Shown here: piece after piece, positions 27,918-36,699 of the stretch
Position numbering within the stretch: the stretch's first letter is position 1
Layout: every line of letters starts with the position of its first letter
NCBI GenBank assembly: GCA_045803545.1
Contig: JBJMOW010000005.1
Location: 704,001-768,000 of the forward strand
From: Gemmatimonadaceae bacterium
Lineage (GTDB): Bacteria > Gemmatimonadota > Gemmatimonadetes > Gemmatimonadales > Gemmatimonadaceae
DNA length: 64,000 bases
Reading direction: 5' to 3'
The notes under the pieces: generated by a model
Databases searched by the model: none
Seen by the model: the letters and a program-made list of their open reading frames with translations, nothing else
Told to the model about the DNA's origin: nothing
Made by a program: the position numbers and the translations under genes

Positions 27918-30137
27918 CTAGGCGAGCCGCACGTGGCGCAACCGCAAACTGTTCATCACAACGCTTATGGAGCTGAGTGCCATTGCTGCGCTGGCGATCA
28001 CCGGATTGAGCAGCGTGCCAACGATTGGATAGAGCACACCGGCAGCGATAGGAATGCCGATCACGTTGTAGAAAAACGCCCAGAACAGGTTCTGCTTCAT
28101 CGTTCTCATCGTTCGGCGCGACAAGGCAATCGCAGTCGGCACTGACATAAGATCGCTGCGCAGGAGCGAGACATCGCTTGCCTCGACAGCGATGTCTGTA
28201 CCCTTCGGCATCGACATGCCGACATCGGATTGCGCGAGCGCGGGTGCGTCGTTGACGCCGTCGCCGACCATCGCCACGACGTGTCCATCGCGCTGCAGAC
28301 TCTTTACGACGTCCACCTTTCCCTCAGGCCGCACCTCGGCGAACACGCTGGTGATCCCAACGGCGTCCGCCGCTGATTCGGCGGGGGCGCGACGATCACC
28401 AGTTACGAGTACGGTCGCAATACCGAGCTGCTCTAAGCGATGGATGGCCGCGCGCGAGGATGGCCGGACGACGTCGGCGACGATGATCCTGCCGAGCACC
28501 TGCCGGTCGGCGACGACGAAGAGCTCGCTTTCCCCCGCGAGTACTTCTGCTGGGGTAGCCGCGTCGAGACCCAGCTCGCGAATCAACGCCGCGTTGCCGA
28601 CTGCGATACTCTTACCGCGGACAATCCCGGTAACGCCGCTGCCGGTGAGAGAGCGAAAACCATCAACCCGCGGCGAGACGATTCCCTTCTCGCCGGCGGC
28701 CTTCACGATCGCGCTCGCCAGTGGATGCTCCGAATGATTCTCCAGCGCCGCGGCGAGCTCGAGTACTTCGCGCTCCCCGACATTCGGCGCTGGAACGATA
28801 CGCGTGACGCGGGGCCGCCCTTCGGTGATCGTGCCCGTCTTGTCGAAGACAACGGTGTCGACGTCTCCCGCGCGCTCCAGGATTTCGCCGCCCTTGATGA
28901 GGAGCCCGAGCTCGGCGCCACGCCCGGAGGCAACCATCACCGCTGTTGGCACAGCGAGCCCCATGGCGCATGGGCAGGCGATAATGAGCACTGACACCGC
29001 CGCCACGATCGCATGAGGCAGCGCTGTAACGCCCGCTGCCACCACCCAAACAACGAAGGTGACGATCGCAATCATAAGCACCGTCGGTACGAAAACAGCG
29101 CTGACTCGATCAGCCAGTTTCTGAACCGGGGCGCGAGACAGCTGCGCGTCGCGCATCAGTTTCGCAATGCGCGCGAGTACGCTGATCGAGCCGACGCTCG
29201 TCGCCACATAGCGGAAAGAGCCCGTTGCGTTCACGGTTCCGCCGACAACGGCATCACCCGACGCCTTCTCTACGGGGAGCGGTTCGCCCGTAAGCATCGA
29301 CTCATCGACCTCGCTCGCGCCATCTACGATTTTCCCATCGACCGGCAGTCGCTCGCCTGGTCGAACGAGAACAACGTCGCCCGCGTTTACCTGCGCCACC
29401 GGAATGTCGACCCAGTCACCGGAGCGCTCGACACGAGCCGTGTTGGGGAGAAGTGTCGCTAGACGCCGCAATGCGGCGGTGGTTCTGTCGCGAGCCCGCG
29501 CTTCGATTGCCCTACCCGCCAGCACCAGACCGATAATGAAGATCACGGCCTCGTAGTAGACCTCTGGGGCGATCCCGTTGCGCGACAGCATGGCTGGTGC
29601 AACCGTCGCGACGGCGGAATAGAGAAATGCCGCCCCCGTGCCAAGCGTGACGAGCACGTTCATGTCCGCGGACCGATGGCGGATTGTTTTCCATGCGGCG
29701 CGGTAGATGTCGCGGCCGGCCCACCCAACGATCACTGCGGTAAGCCCCAGCAGCCCGAAGTTCACCGCGGCCGAACCCGTGGCTGTCATCGAGAATGCCA
29801 TCGCGACGAGTCCGGCGATCACGCTAACTAGCGCTTTTGCGGTAAGCGCCCGGGCATGCTCGCTCGCTGCGTGGTCAACATCGTCGCCCAGGTTGTGATC
29901 CGCAGCTGGCAGGGATGCGTCGTATCCAGTCGCGCGCACGGCGTCGATCAATCGCTGCGGTGTGACGGTCTCCGCGTCATAGACGACTGCAGCACTATTA
30001 GTGACGAGATTGACGGTCGCGTCGCTTACGCCTGGCTCTGCCTGCAGCGCGCGCCGTACCCGCGCCTGGCAAGCGGCACAGGTCATCCCCGTTACCGGAA
30101 AAGAGATTCGTTGTTCGGGTGTAGCGGTCGTACTCAT
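27918..30137 (-). CDS. copA: Cu(I)-translocating P1B-type ATPase
   Basis: GMTCAAC metal-binding domain, TGE, CPC, DKTGT, HP, GDGVND, YN and MALSS motifs. Confidence 0.95.
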   Translation of the reverse strand: MSTTATPEQRISFPVTGMTCAACQARVRRALQAEPGVSDATVNLVTNSAAVVYDAETVTPQRLIDAVRATGYDASLPAADHNLGDDVDHAASEHARALTAKALVSVIAGLVAMAFSMTATGSAAVNFGLLGLTAVIVGWAGRDIYRAAWKTIRHRSADMNVLVTLGTGAAFLYSAVATVAPAMLSRNGIAPEVYYEAVIFIIGLVLAGRAIEARARDRTTAALRRLATLLPNTARVERSGDWVDIPVAQVNAGDVVLVRPGERLPVDGKIVDGASEVDESMLTGEPLPVEKASGDAVVGGTVNATGSFRYVATSVGSISVLARIAKLMRDAQLSRAPVQKLADRVSAVFVPTVLMIAIVTFVVWVVAAGVTALPHAIVAAVSVLIIACPCAMGLAVPTAVMVASGRGAELGLLIKGGEILERAGDVDTVVFDKTGTITEGRPRVTRIVPAPNVGEREVLELAAALENHSEHPLASAIVKAAGEKGIVSPRVDGFRSLTGSGVTGIVRGKSIAVGNAALIRELGLDAATPAEVLAGESELFVVADRQVLGRIIVADVVRPSSRAAIHRLEQLGIATVLVTGDRRAPAESAADAVGITSVFAEVRPEGKVDVVKSLQRDGHVVAMVGDGVNDAPALAQSDVGMSMPKGTDIAVEASDVSLLRSDLMSVPTAIALSRRTMRTMKQNLFWAFFYNVIGIPIAAGVLYPIVGTLLNPVIASAAMALSSISVVMNSLRLRHVRLA

Positions 30138-30159
30138 CCAGCCTCCATCAACGAATCAA

Positions 30160-30182
30160 TATACCCCCCTCCCCTATGTCAA
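30160..30182 (-). promoter_or_regulatory. CsoR-type operator in the copA promoter
   Basis: TATACCCCCCTCCCCTAT C/G-tract flanked by AT, next to TTGACA on the minus strand. Confidence 0.65.
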
Positions 30183-30185
30183 GTT

Positions 30186-30854
30186 TCAGCGGATGACCTT
30201 ATCGAACCGCAGCGGATTCGAAACGTCATAAGTGAAGTGCCACCATTCCTGGTCGTAGTTGGTGAAACCGCGGCGCTCCATTGCCGCGTTCAGTCGCTGG
30301 CGATTGGCCGCTGCTGTTCCGGTGGCGTTGGCAGTGTGTGCCGCCGCCGAGAAGGTGTCGAAGGGAGTTCCCATCTCGAGCTCTCGCCCAGTGGCGAGGT
30401 CGATCAACGTCAGGTCGATGGCGAGGCCGAGGTTGTGTCGCGAGCGACTGGCGATGTAGCCGTCACGCAGCAGATCCTCCCGATTGACGCGCTTGGTCCA
30501 ATCCACCATCGCGAGGGTCGCGCGTACCGGGCGATAGGAATCAAAGATCTTCAGCCCCAATCCCTGACCGCGCAAATCGCTTTCGACTCGCGCGAGCGCC
30601 GCGGCCGCCTCGCGTCGGAAAAAGGCGCGGTTGGCTAGATACCCTGGCAAAGGGGCGCCCGTGAAGTTGTTGGTCGTCGCATATCGCAACTCGACAACGA
30701 TTGTCGAATCGAGTTTGCGCACGTCGGTGAGCAGGGTGTCCGCGACAGCGTCCGGCGCAATCGCCGTTTCAGTGGTGTTGATTGGCGGCGCACTCTGCCG
30801 GCGCGCGCACGCGAGCCCCACAGTCAGCACCACAAGACGAAGTATGGTCCTCAT
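30186..30854 (-). CDS. ddpX: D-alanyl-D-alanine dipeptidase (M15D, DdpX/VanX family), lipoprotein
   Basis: ELRYAT.NNF.G, FDSYRP, SRHNLGLAIDLTL, EMGTPFD, EWWHF; lipobox GLAC from ATG 30854. Confidence 0.88.
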   Translation of the reverse strand: MRTILRLVVLTVGLACARRQSAPPINTTETAIAPDAVADTLLTDVRKLDSTIVVELRYATTNNFTGAPLPGYLANRAFFRREAAAALARVESDLRGQGLGLKIFDSYRPVRATLAMVDWTKRVNREDLLRDGYIASRSRHNLGLAIDLTLIDLATGRELEMGTPFDTFSAAAHTANATGTAAANRQRLNAAMERRGFTNYDQEWWHFTYDVSNPLRFDKVIR

Positions 30855-30885
30855 GCAACAAGAATAAGCAGGATACATTTTGCGC

Positions 30886-32151
30886 ATGACAGGTGGTGAC
30901 GCCATTACGCGTGGATCGGTGGGCGCAAACGCCCCGCGCGGCCATCGCGCCGCGGTCTTCGCCAGCTTCCTCGGCTGGACTCTCGACGCGTTCGATTTCT
31001 TCCTCGTCGTTTTCGCGCTGACGGCAATCGCCAAAGAGTTTGGCAAATCCGATGCGCAGCTGGCGCTGACAATCACCATCACACTCGCCTTCCGACCTGT
31101 TGGCGCTTTCATCTTTGGTTTGATGGCGGATCGGTATGGGCGGAAGCTGCCGCTAATGATCGATCTCGTGTTCTTCTCGATCGTGGAGGTGTTGTCCGGC
31201 CTCGCGCCCAACTACACCGTCTTTCTGATTTTGCGGGCACTGTTCGGCATCGGCATGGGCGGCGAGTGGGGGGTAGGCGCCTCCCTCGCAATGGAGAAAG
31301 CGCCTAAGGAGAGCCGCGGCGTTTTATCCGGCCTGCTCCAGGAAGGCTACGCCACAGGATATCTCCTCGCCGCCGTTTGCTACTTCTTCGTGTTTCCACG
31401 GTGGGGCTGGCGACCGATGTTCTTTATCGGTGGTCTTCCTGCGCTGCTCGCGATCTTCGTCCGCATGCGGGTGCACGAGTCTGAGGTGTGGGAGAAGACG
31501 CGCCACAAGGACTGGAGTAGTCTCGGCAGGGGAATCGCTTCACACTGGAAACTCTTTCTCTACCTGACGCTGCTGATGGCGGGGATGAACTTCGTCTCAC
31601 ACGGGACGCAGGACATGTACCCGACGTTTTTGCAGCGTGACTGGGGGTTCTCTCCGCAGAAACGCGCGGCGCTGACCGCGTTCTCGATGATTGGAGCGAT
31701 AATCGGCGGCATTAGCTTCGGCTATCTCTCCGATCGCATTGGTCGGCGGCGGTCGATCGTCCTCGCGCTCGTACTCGCGATCGTCGTGATTCCACTGTGG
31801 GCGTTCTCTCCAGCGCTCGTCGGGCTCGTTATCGGCGCGTTCCTGATGCAGTTCATGGTACAGGGCGCCTGGGGAGTGATCCCTGCGCACATCACCGAGC
31901 TCTCGCCCGACAACGTGCGTGGATTCCTGCCGGGCTTCGCGTATCAGTGCGGCGTGCTGATCGCCAGCTCGGTGGCGTACCTCGAAGCAGTGCTTGCAAC
32001 GCGAATGAGCTACGCCAAGTCGATGGCGATAGTTGCCGCCGTCGTGTTTTCAGCTGCAGCGATCATCGCCTGGCTGGGGCGCGAGCGTCACGCGGTTGAG
32101 TTCGGCAGCGACGCTTCTTTGCCCGACCCACAACTCGCGCGATCAGGTTGA
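30886..32151 (+). CDS. MFS transporter, SHS (NanT/Jen1-like carboxylate:H+) family
   Basis: GWTLDAFDFF, ADRYGRK, GIGMGGEWG, SHGTQDMYPTFL, QGAWGVIPAH. Confidence 0.9.
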   Translation: MTGGDAITRGSVGANAPRGHRAAVFASFLGWTLDAFDFFLVVFALTAIAKEFGKSDAQLALTITITLAFRPVGAFIFGLMADRYGRKLPLMIDLVFFSIVEVLSGLAPNYTVFLILRALFGIGMGGEWGVGASLAMEKAPKESRGVLSGLLQEGYATGYLLAAVCYFFVFPRWGWRPMFFIGGLPALLAIFVRMRVHESEVWEKTRHKDWSSLGRGIASHWKLFLYLTLLMAGMNFVSHGTQDMYPTFLQRDWGFSPQKRAALTAFSMIGAIIGGISFGYLSDRIGRRRSIVLALVLAIVVIPLWAFSPALVGLVIGAFLMQFMVQGAWGVIPAHITELSPDNVRGFLPGFAYQCGVLIASSVAYLEAVLATRMSYAKSMAIVAAVVFSAAAIIAWLGRERHAVEFGSDASLPDPQLARSG

Positions 32152-33600
32152 TTGGATGGCGGCGGTCTGGGCGACCAGACCGTCGAGGAGCGCGCGCACA
32201 TGCTCAATACCGGTGCGCGGATTCATCATCGTCACTCGCAGAACTGGGCGGCCCTCCAGAACAGTCGCCGTGATCCAGCCTGTGCCGTTCTTGTTGTAGC
32301 GAGGGCGCAGTTCGCGGTTAAGCGCATCGACTCTTTCAGGCTTGCTGCGCAGCTCGCCGCCGCGACCCAGATAGCGGAAGCAGAGAATATTCGACTCCGG
32401 CTCGTGCAATGCCTCAAAATCGTTGCGCTCTTTAATCTCGTCATAGAGCAGTCTCGCCGTCTTGCACAGATGATCGTGCAGCTGCCCGAGTCCGCTCGAC
32501 CCAAATCGTTGAATCACTGCCCACAGCTTGAGGACATCGGCGCGGCGGGAGCACTGAAAGCTACGGATGCCCTGGTCGATCACCCGCGTCGACTTGCGAT
32601 CGTGAAACAGGTATGGAGCCTGCTGCGCAAACGCGCGCTCGAGATCCGCTTCGTTGCGCGTGAGGACCATTCCCGCCGCCAGGGGGAGGAGCATCATCTT
32701 GTGCGGATCCCAGGCGAGCGAACGCGTGTGTCGCAGACCGTTCAACGCGCGAGGCGGATGCGCGGACAACAGTGCGCTGGCGCCGTGCGCGCCATCCACG
32801 TGGAACCAAATTCCCAGCTCGTCGCACATAGCGCCGACGCTCTCGAGATCGTCGAACGATCCGGTCGCCGTCGTCCCCGCCGTCGCGACCACCGCCATAA
32901 CGCCCTTCCCTTCCGCGCGCAGACGTTCCAGCGTCGAGCGCAGCAAGTCGATGTCGACTTTGTAATTGCGCGAAGCGACCGGAATGCCATGCTTGCGTCC
33001 GAGTCCGAGCTGGCCAATCGCGCGAGTAACAGCGTAATGCGCGTGCTCACCATAGACCACCACCGGCGGGTCGGCGCCCACTCCTTCTTCCCACGCATTC
33101 GGCAGCGCCGAATTGCGCGCGGCGAGCAGCGCGGTGAAGTTCGCTTCAGTTCCACCGGAAGTCATCGTTCCGCCGGAGCCAGCTTCATAACCGGCGAGCC
33201 TGGACAGCCAGGCGACAATCTGGTGCTCGATCATGCTCGCCGTTGGCGACATCTCCCAGACTGCGAGCGACTGATTTAGCGCGCCGATGATGCTCTCCAT
33301 CCAGATGCCGATCGGAAGCGGCGCTGACGTTTGATGCCCCATGTACATCGGGTGGTAGTACTTGTTCGCGTCGGCGATCACCTGCTTTTCCAGACGTTCG
33401 ATGATCTCGCCGATCGACTTGCCGTCGCGCGGAAAATCCTCGTCGAATCGCGCCGCAATTTCCCCGCTATCGAACGGGGTTGAAACCTGGCCGGCGCCCG
33501 TACCCGTCGATGCGAAATACCGCGCCGTCAACGCGGCGAACTGTTGTCCTGTTTCAAGGGAGGTGTCGGCTTCCAGCTCGGCAAGAATGTCCTCTATCAT
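32143..33600 (-). CDS. Group II PLP-dependent decarboxylase (DABA/aromatic amino acid decarboxylase-like)
   Basis: HPMYMGHQ, TSGGTEAN, ATAGTTATGSFD, HVDGAHG, WDPHK (PLP Lys). Confidence 0.9.
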   Translation of the reverse strand: MIEDILAELEADTSLETGQQFAALTARYFASTGTGAGQVSTPFDSGEIAARFDEDFPRDGKSIGEIIERLEKQVIADANKYYHPMYMGHQTSAPLPIGIWMESIIGALNQSLAVWEMSPTASMIEHQIVAWLSRLAGYEAGSGGTMTSGGTEANFTALLAARNSALPNAWEEGVGADPPVVVYGEHAHYAVTRAIGQLGLGRKHGIPVASRNYKVDIDLLRSTLERLRAEGKGVMAVVATAGTTATGSFDDLESVGAMCDELGIWFHVDGAHGASALLSAHPPRALNGLRHTRSLAWDPHKMMLLPLAAGMVLTRNEADLERAFAQQAPYLFHDRKSTRVIDQGIRSFQCSRRADVLKLWAVIQRFGSSGLGQLHDHLCKTARLLYDEIKERNDFEALHEPESNILCFRYLGRGGELRSKPERVDALNRELRPRYNKNGTGWITATVLEGRPVLRVTMMNPRTGIEHVRALLDGLVAQTAAIQST

Positions 33601-33629
33601 GCGGCAAATTTACTCGATGCCGCCGGACT

Positions 33630-36600
33630 TCAGCCGTCCAGCAATCCGTTTTGCCTGACGAAATCGGCGAGCTCGCCGCGCGAGGTCACACTCAGTTTCG
33701 TAAAAATGTTCGAAAGGTGGGTGCTGACCGTCCGCGAAGAGATTTGAAGCGCTCCGCCGATTTCCTTGTTGGACTTCCGTGTTGCAACCATTCGCGCGAT
33801 TTCCATCTCACGCCCCGTCAGTCCCCCAGCACCGGCTGTGACCGTCTTCGGCGGGGGCCGCACGCCGCGTTCGCGCATTTCCTCCCGCGTCCCCGTCAAT
33901 TCGTCGGCGGCACCGAGCTTGGCGAGGACGTCATGCGCTCTCTTCAGCTCGCGCCTGCCCTCTTCCGGCTGGCCGATCTCGAGTAACGCACCGGCGAGCC
34001 GACGTCGAATCCGCGCGGCCTGCGGAGGGAACGGAATCGCTTCGAGCTGCTCGGCGCCCGATCGTAACAGGGGAATCGCGCGATGCGGGTCTCCATCCCT
34101 GAACCAGGCCAGCAATCCGTCACATGCATCCGCCTGCGCGAGACCAAGTCGGTGTCCCAGTCGCTCGGCGTCGACACGCATCCTCGTGCAATGGCGTGCG
34201 GCACGGTCAAAATCGCGCGCAACCAGCGCCGCCTCGCCCACAACGGGCAACAGCCACTGCAGGGACCAGACGATATAGCCGGAGCTGTCGGCGATCTCCA
34301 ATCCCGCTTCGCCGATTCGGACCGCTTCCGCGGGATCCCCAGTCGCGAGATGGTACGCGGCGAGACCGTGATGCGCCGGAACGATCGAAGGAATATCGAG
34401 GGGGCGGGCATCGGCACCGTTGAGCGAGCCCGTTTTTTCGCCGCCCGCCAGCTTCCAGCCGAGATCGAAATACTCTTTCGCCTTCTCGGTCGCGCCGCGC
34501 CACAGGTAAATGAGGCCGGTCCAGACGTACAACCGTGGCAGTAGCACGCGCTGATTGAGGGCCTTGGCAGCGGCAATCGTACGCTCGCCGAGCGAGAGTG
34601 CGGTGTCCCACTCACCAATTCCCATTCGGTACTGCACTGCCACTTCACCTGACCAGAGTGGTAACAGGGGCGACTGCATTTCATCCGCGAGGCGATCGCT
34701 CTCTGCGATGTGTTCGGCGACGCGTGGCGCATCGCCTGATACTCCGGCGAGCAATGCCAGCCCCCAATGCGCCGTCCACTCGAGCATTCGCTGCCCAGCC
34801 GCCTGGCCGTGCGCAAGAGCCCGAGAGCCGTGCTCCGCAGCGAGAGCGAGGGGGCCCGTCCAGGCGTACATCAAGAGCAGCGCGCGATGCGCTCGCGATA
34901 ATAGCGCGTCGTTCTGAACACCACCCGCAGCCGCAGACGCGAGCGCGGCTTCCACTTCGTTCTGCGCCTGTTGAAGCTTGCCCAGATCCTGTAATGCGAT
35001 GCCCTTGGCCAGCCGCAATCGGACGACCGTCTCGGGGGAAGCAGCGTCGGCTGCTGCCTGACCAGTCTGATAATGGGATAACGCGTCGGCGAAGCGTCCG
35101 CTCCAGTAGCAAGCGAGCCCCATTCTGTAATGGATGTCGGCGAGCGCACCACGCTCACCGCGCTGTACGGCCGCGACACGCGCGCGTTCCCAGAGCTCGA
35201 TTGCCGCGTCATACTCTCCGATTCGCTGCCGCGTGCGCGCGAGGGTGGTGAGAATCTCGTCGCGCAGACCGTCCTGGATGGAGCCATCGCCGTCGAGCGT
35301 CTCGAGTGCGATCGCCAGATAGTTTGCGGCCTCGCGATTCGCGTATTTGTCGAGCGCGGCACGACCGGCTGCGTGGCAATACAAAACTGTTTTGCGCGCG
35401 AGCTCTGGCGAATGCGCGCGCGCAAAGTGCAGCGCGAGCTCGTCGGCGTGAGCCAACGCCCCGGCGCCATAAAGGCTTTCGAGGCTATCGCCAACTGTAG
35501 CGTGCAACAGACGCGCGCGGGCCTGTCCGAGATCGGCGTAAATCACCTGCTGTAGCAGCGGATGGGTGAAGTCGTACCGAATAGCGTCGACCGTTCCCGT
35601 CTCCTCGAGAATTCGCCGGCCCAATAGCTCGTCGAGCGCGGCGATTGTGTCCTTCTCAGTCAAACCGGAGACCTTAAGCAGCGTTTCGTATGGTGCGCGC
35701 GTTCCGACAACGGCGGCGAGGTTCGCGAGCGTCCGCGCGTGAAGCGACAGTCTTTCGACTCTATCCTTTAGCACGTCCCGGATGCTGGTCGGCAATTGCA
35801 GTCTGTCTATATCCCAGCCCTTCCAACGAGAATCGACCCGAGAGAGGGCGTGCGATTCGACGAGCGCTTTCAGGGTTTCCTCGATGAAGAACGGATTGCC
35901 GCGGGTCCATCCGTAGAGGAGCGAAGTGAAATGGCCGGTGGTTCCCTTCTCCGCGCCGAACATCTGATGCACCAGCTCTTCGACGTCAGCATGTGACAAC
36001 GGCGTGAGCTTGTGAACGGTCAACCCGCCGAGTCGAGCAAGAGACTGCTCGGTGTTCCGAAGCACGGGATTGGTGTCGCGATCGCTGTCGTTGTATGTGC
36101 AGAGGAGAAAAAGCTTTTGTGATTCGATCTGCCGCGCGACGAAGTGCAGCAGCTCGAGCGAGGAGGCGTCGGCCCACTGCAGATTCTCGAGCAAAATGAA
36201 CAGCGGTTGCTTGGTCGCCAGACGCCCAAGGAACTGTGTGAAGTTCCACAGCAAGCGTGCCTTGATCTCGGCCGGATCAGCGCCTGTTGATTGCCGCGCT
36301 CTTTCCGGTGGAGCGGGCAGATTGGGGAACATCTGCGCGAACTCCGCTGCTCCGCCTCTGGTAAGTACCGACAGCTGCGAGGGATCCATCGCGCGTAAGA
36401 CAGGTCCCAGAGCATCCGAGAACACAGCGTAAGGCACGCCCGTCTCTACCGGGTAGGCACGGCCGTTCACAACCGTCCACCCCTTTTTTCCGGCGCGCTC
36501 GGCGAGTGCGGCGGCCAGGCGCGTTTTGCCGATCCCGCCCTCGCCGACGACAAAGACCGTGCGGCCTGCGCCTTTTGCCGCCTCATCGAGGGACTTCGAC

Positions 36601-36659
36601 AGGACTGCGAGATCCGCGGCCCGCCCGATCAGTGGCGTTTCCTCAGCCCTTAGCATCAA
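33630..36659 (-). CDS. LAL/MalT-type regulator: AAA ATPase + TPR + LuxR HTH
   Basis: LIGRAADL, GEGGIGKT, GNPFFIEE, FTHPLL, LTGREMEIA..SNKEIG..RTVSTHLSNIFTKL. Confidence 0.92.
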   Translation of the reverse strand: MMLRAEETPLIGRAADLAVLSKSLDEAAKGAGRTVFVVGEGGIGKTRLAAALAERAGKKGWTVVNGRAYPVETGVPYAVFSDALGPVLRAMDPSQLSVLTRGGAAEFAQMFPNLPAPPERARQSTGADPAEIKARLLWNFTQFLGRLATKQPLFILLENLQWADASSLELLHFVARQIESQKLFLLCTYNDSDRDTNPVLRNTEQSLARLGGLTVHKLTPLSHADVEELVHQMFGAEKGTTGHFTSLLYGWTRGNPFFIEETLKALVESHALSRVDSRWKGWDIDRLQLPTSIRDVLKDRVERLSLHARTLANLAAVVGTRAPYETLLKVSGLTEKDTIAALDELLGRRILEETGTVDAIRYDFTHPLLQQVIYADLGQARARLLHATVGDSLESLYGAGALAHADELALHFARAHSPELARKTVLYCHAAGRAALDKYANREAANYLAIALETLDGDGSIQDGLRDEILTTLARTRQRIGEYDAAIELWERARVAAVQRGERGALADIHYRMGLACYWSGRFADALSHYQTGQAAADAASPETVVRLRLAKGIALQDLGKLQQAQNEVEAALASAAAGGVQNDALLSRAHRALLLMYAWTGPLALAAEHGSRALAHGQAAGQRMLEWTAHWGLALLAGVSGDAPRVAEHIAESDRLADEMQSPLLPLWSGEVAVQYRMGIGEWDTALSLGERTIAAAKALNQRVLLPRLYVWTGLIYLWRGATEKAKEYFDLGWKLAGGEKTGSLNGADARPLDIPSIVPAHHGLAAYHLATGDPAEAVRIGEAGLEIADSSGYIVWSLQWLLPVVGEAALVARDFDRAARHCTRMRVDAERLGHRLGLAQADACDGLLAWFRDGDPHRAIPLLRSGAEQLEAIPFPPQAARIRRRLAGALLEIGQPEEGRRELKRAHDVLAKLGAADELTGTREEMRERGVRPPPKTVTAGAGGLTGREMEIARMVATRKSNKEIGGALQISSRTVSTHLSNIFTKLSVTSRGELADFVRQNGLLDG

Positions 36660-36699
36660 GGGCTAATGTAAGAACGTCAGTTTTCGGGAGCTAGCTAAT

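Noticed and set aside
30186..30854. vanX of a glycopeptide-resistance cluster
   Set aside because: No vanH/vanA/vanRS nearby, and it is a lipoprotein, consistent with a housekeeping DdpX-like peptidase.
32152..33279. 375-aa plus-strand ORF and the many other long antisense ORFs in the track
   Set aside because: They lie opposite well-supported genes and lack motifs; expected shadows in GC-rich DNA.
32143..33600. Siderophore or lanthanophore biosynthesis gene
   Set aside because: No IucA/IucC, monooxygenase, acyltransferase or NRPS nearby; substrate cannot be assigned.
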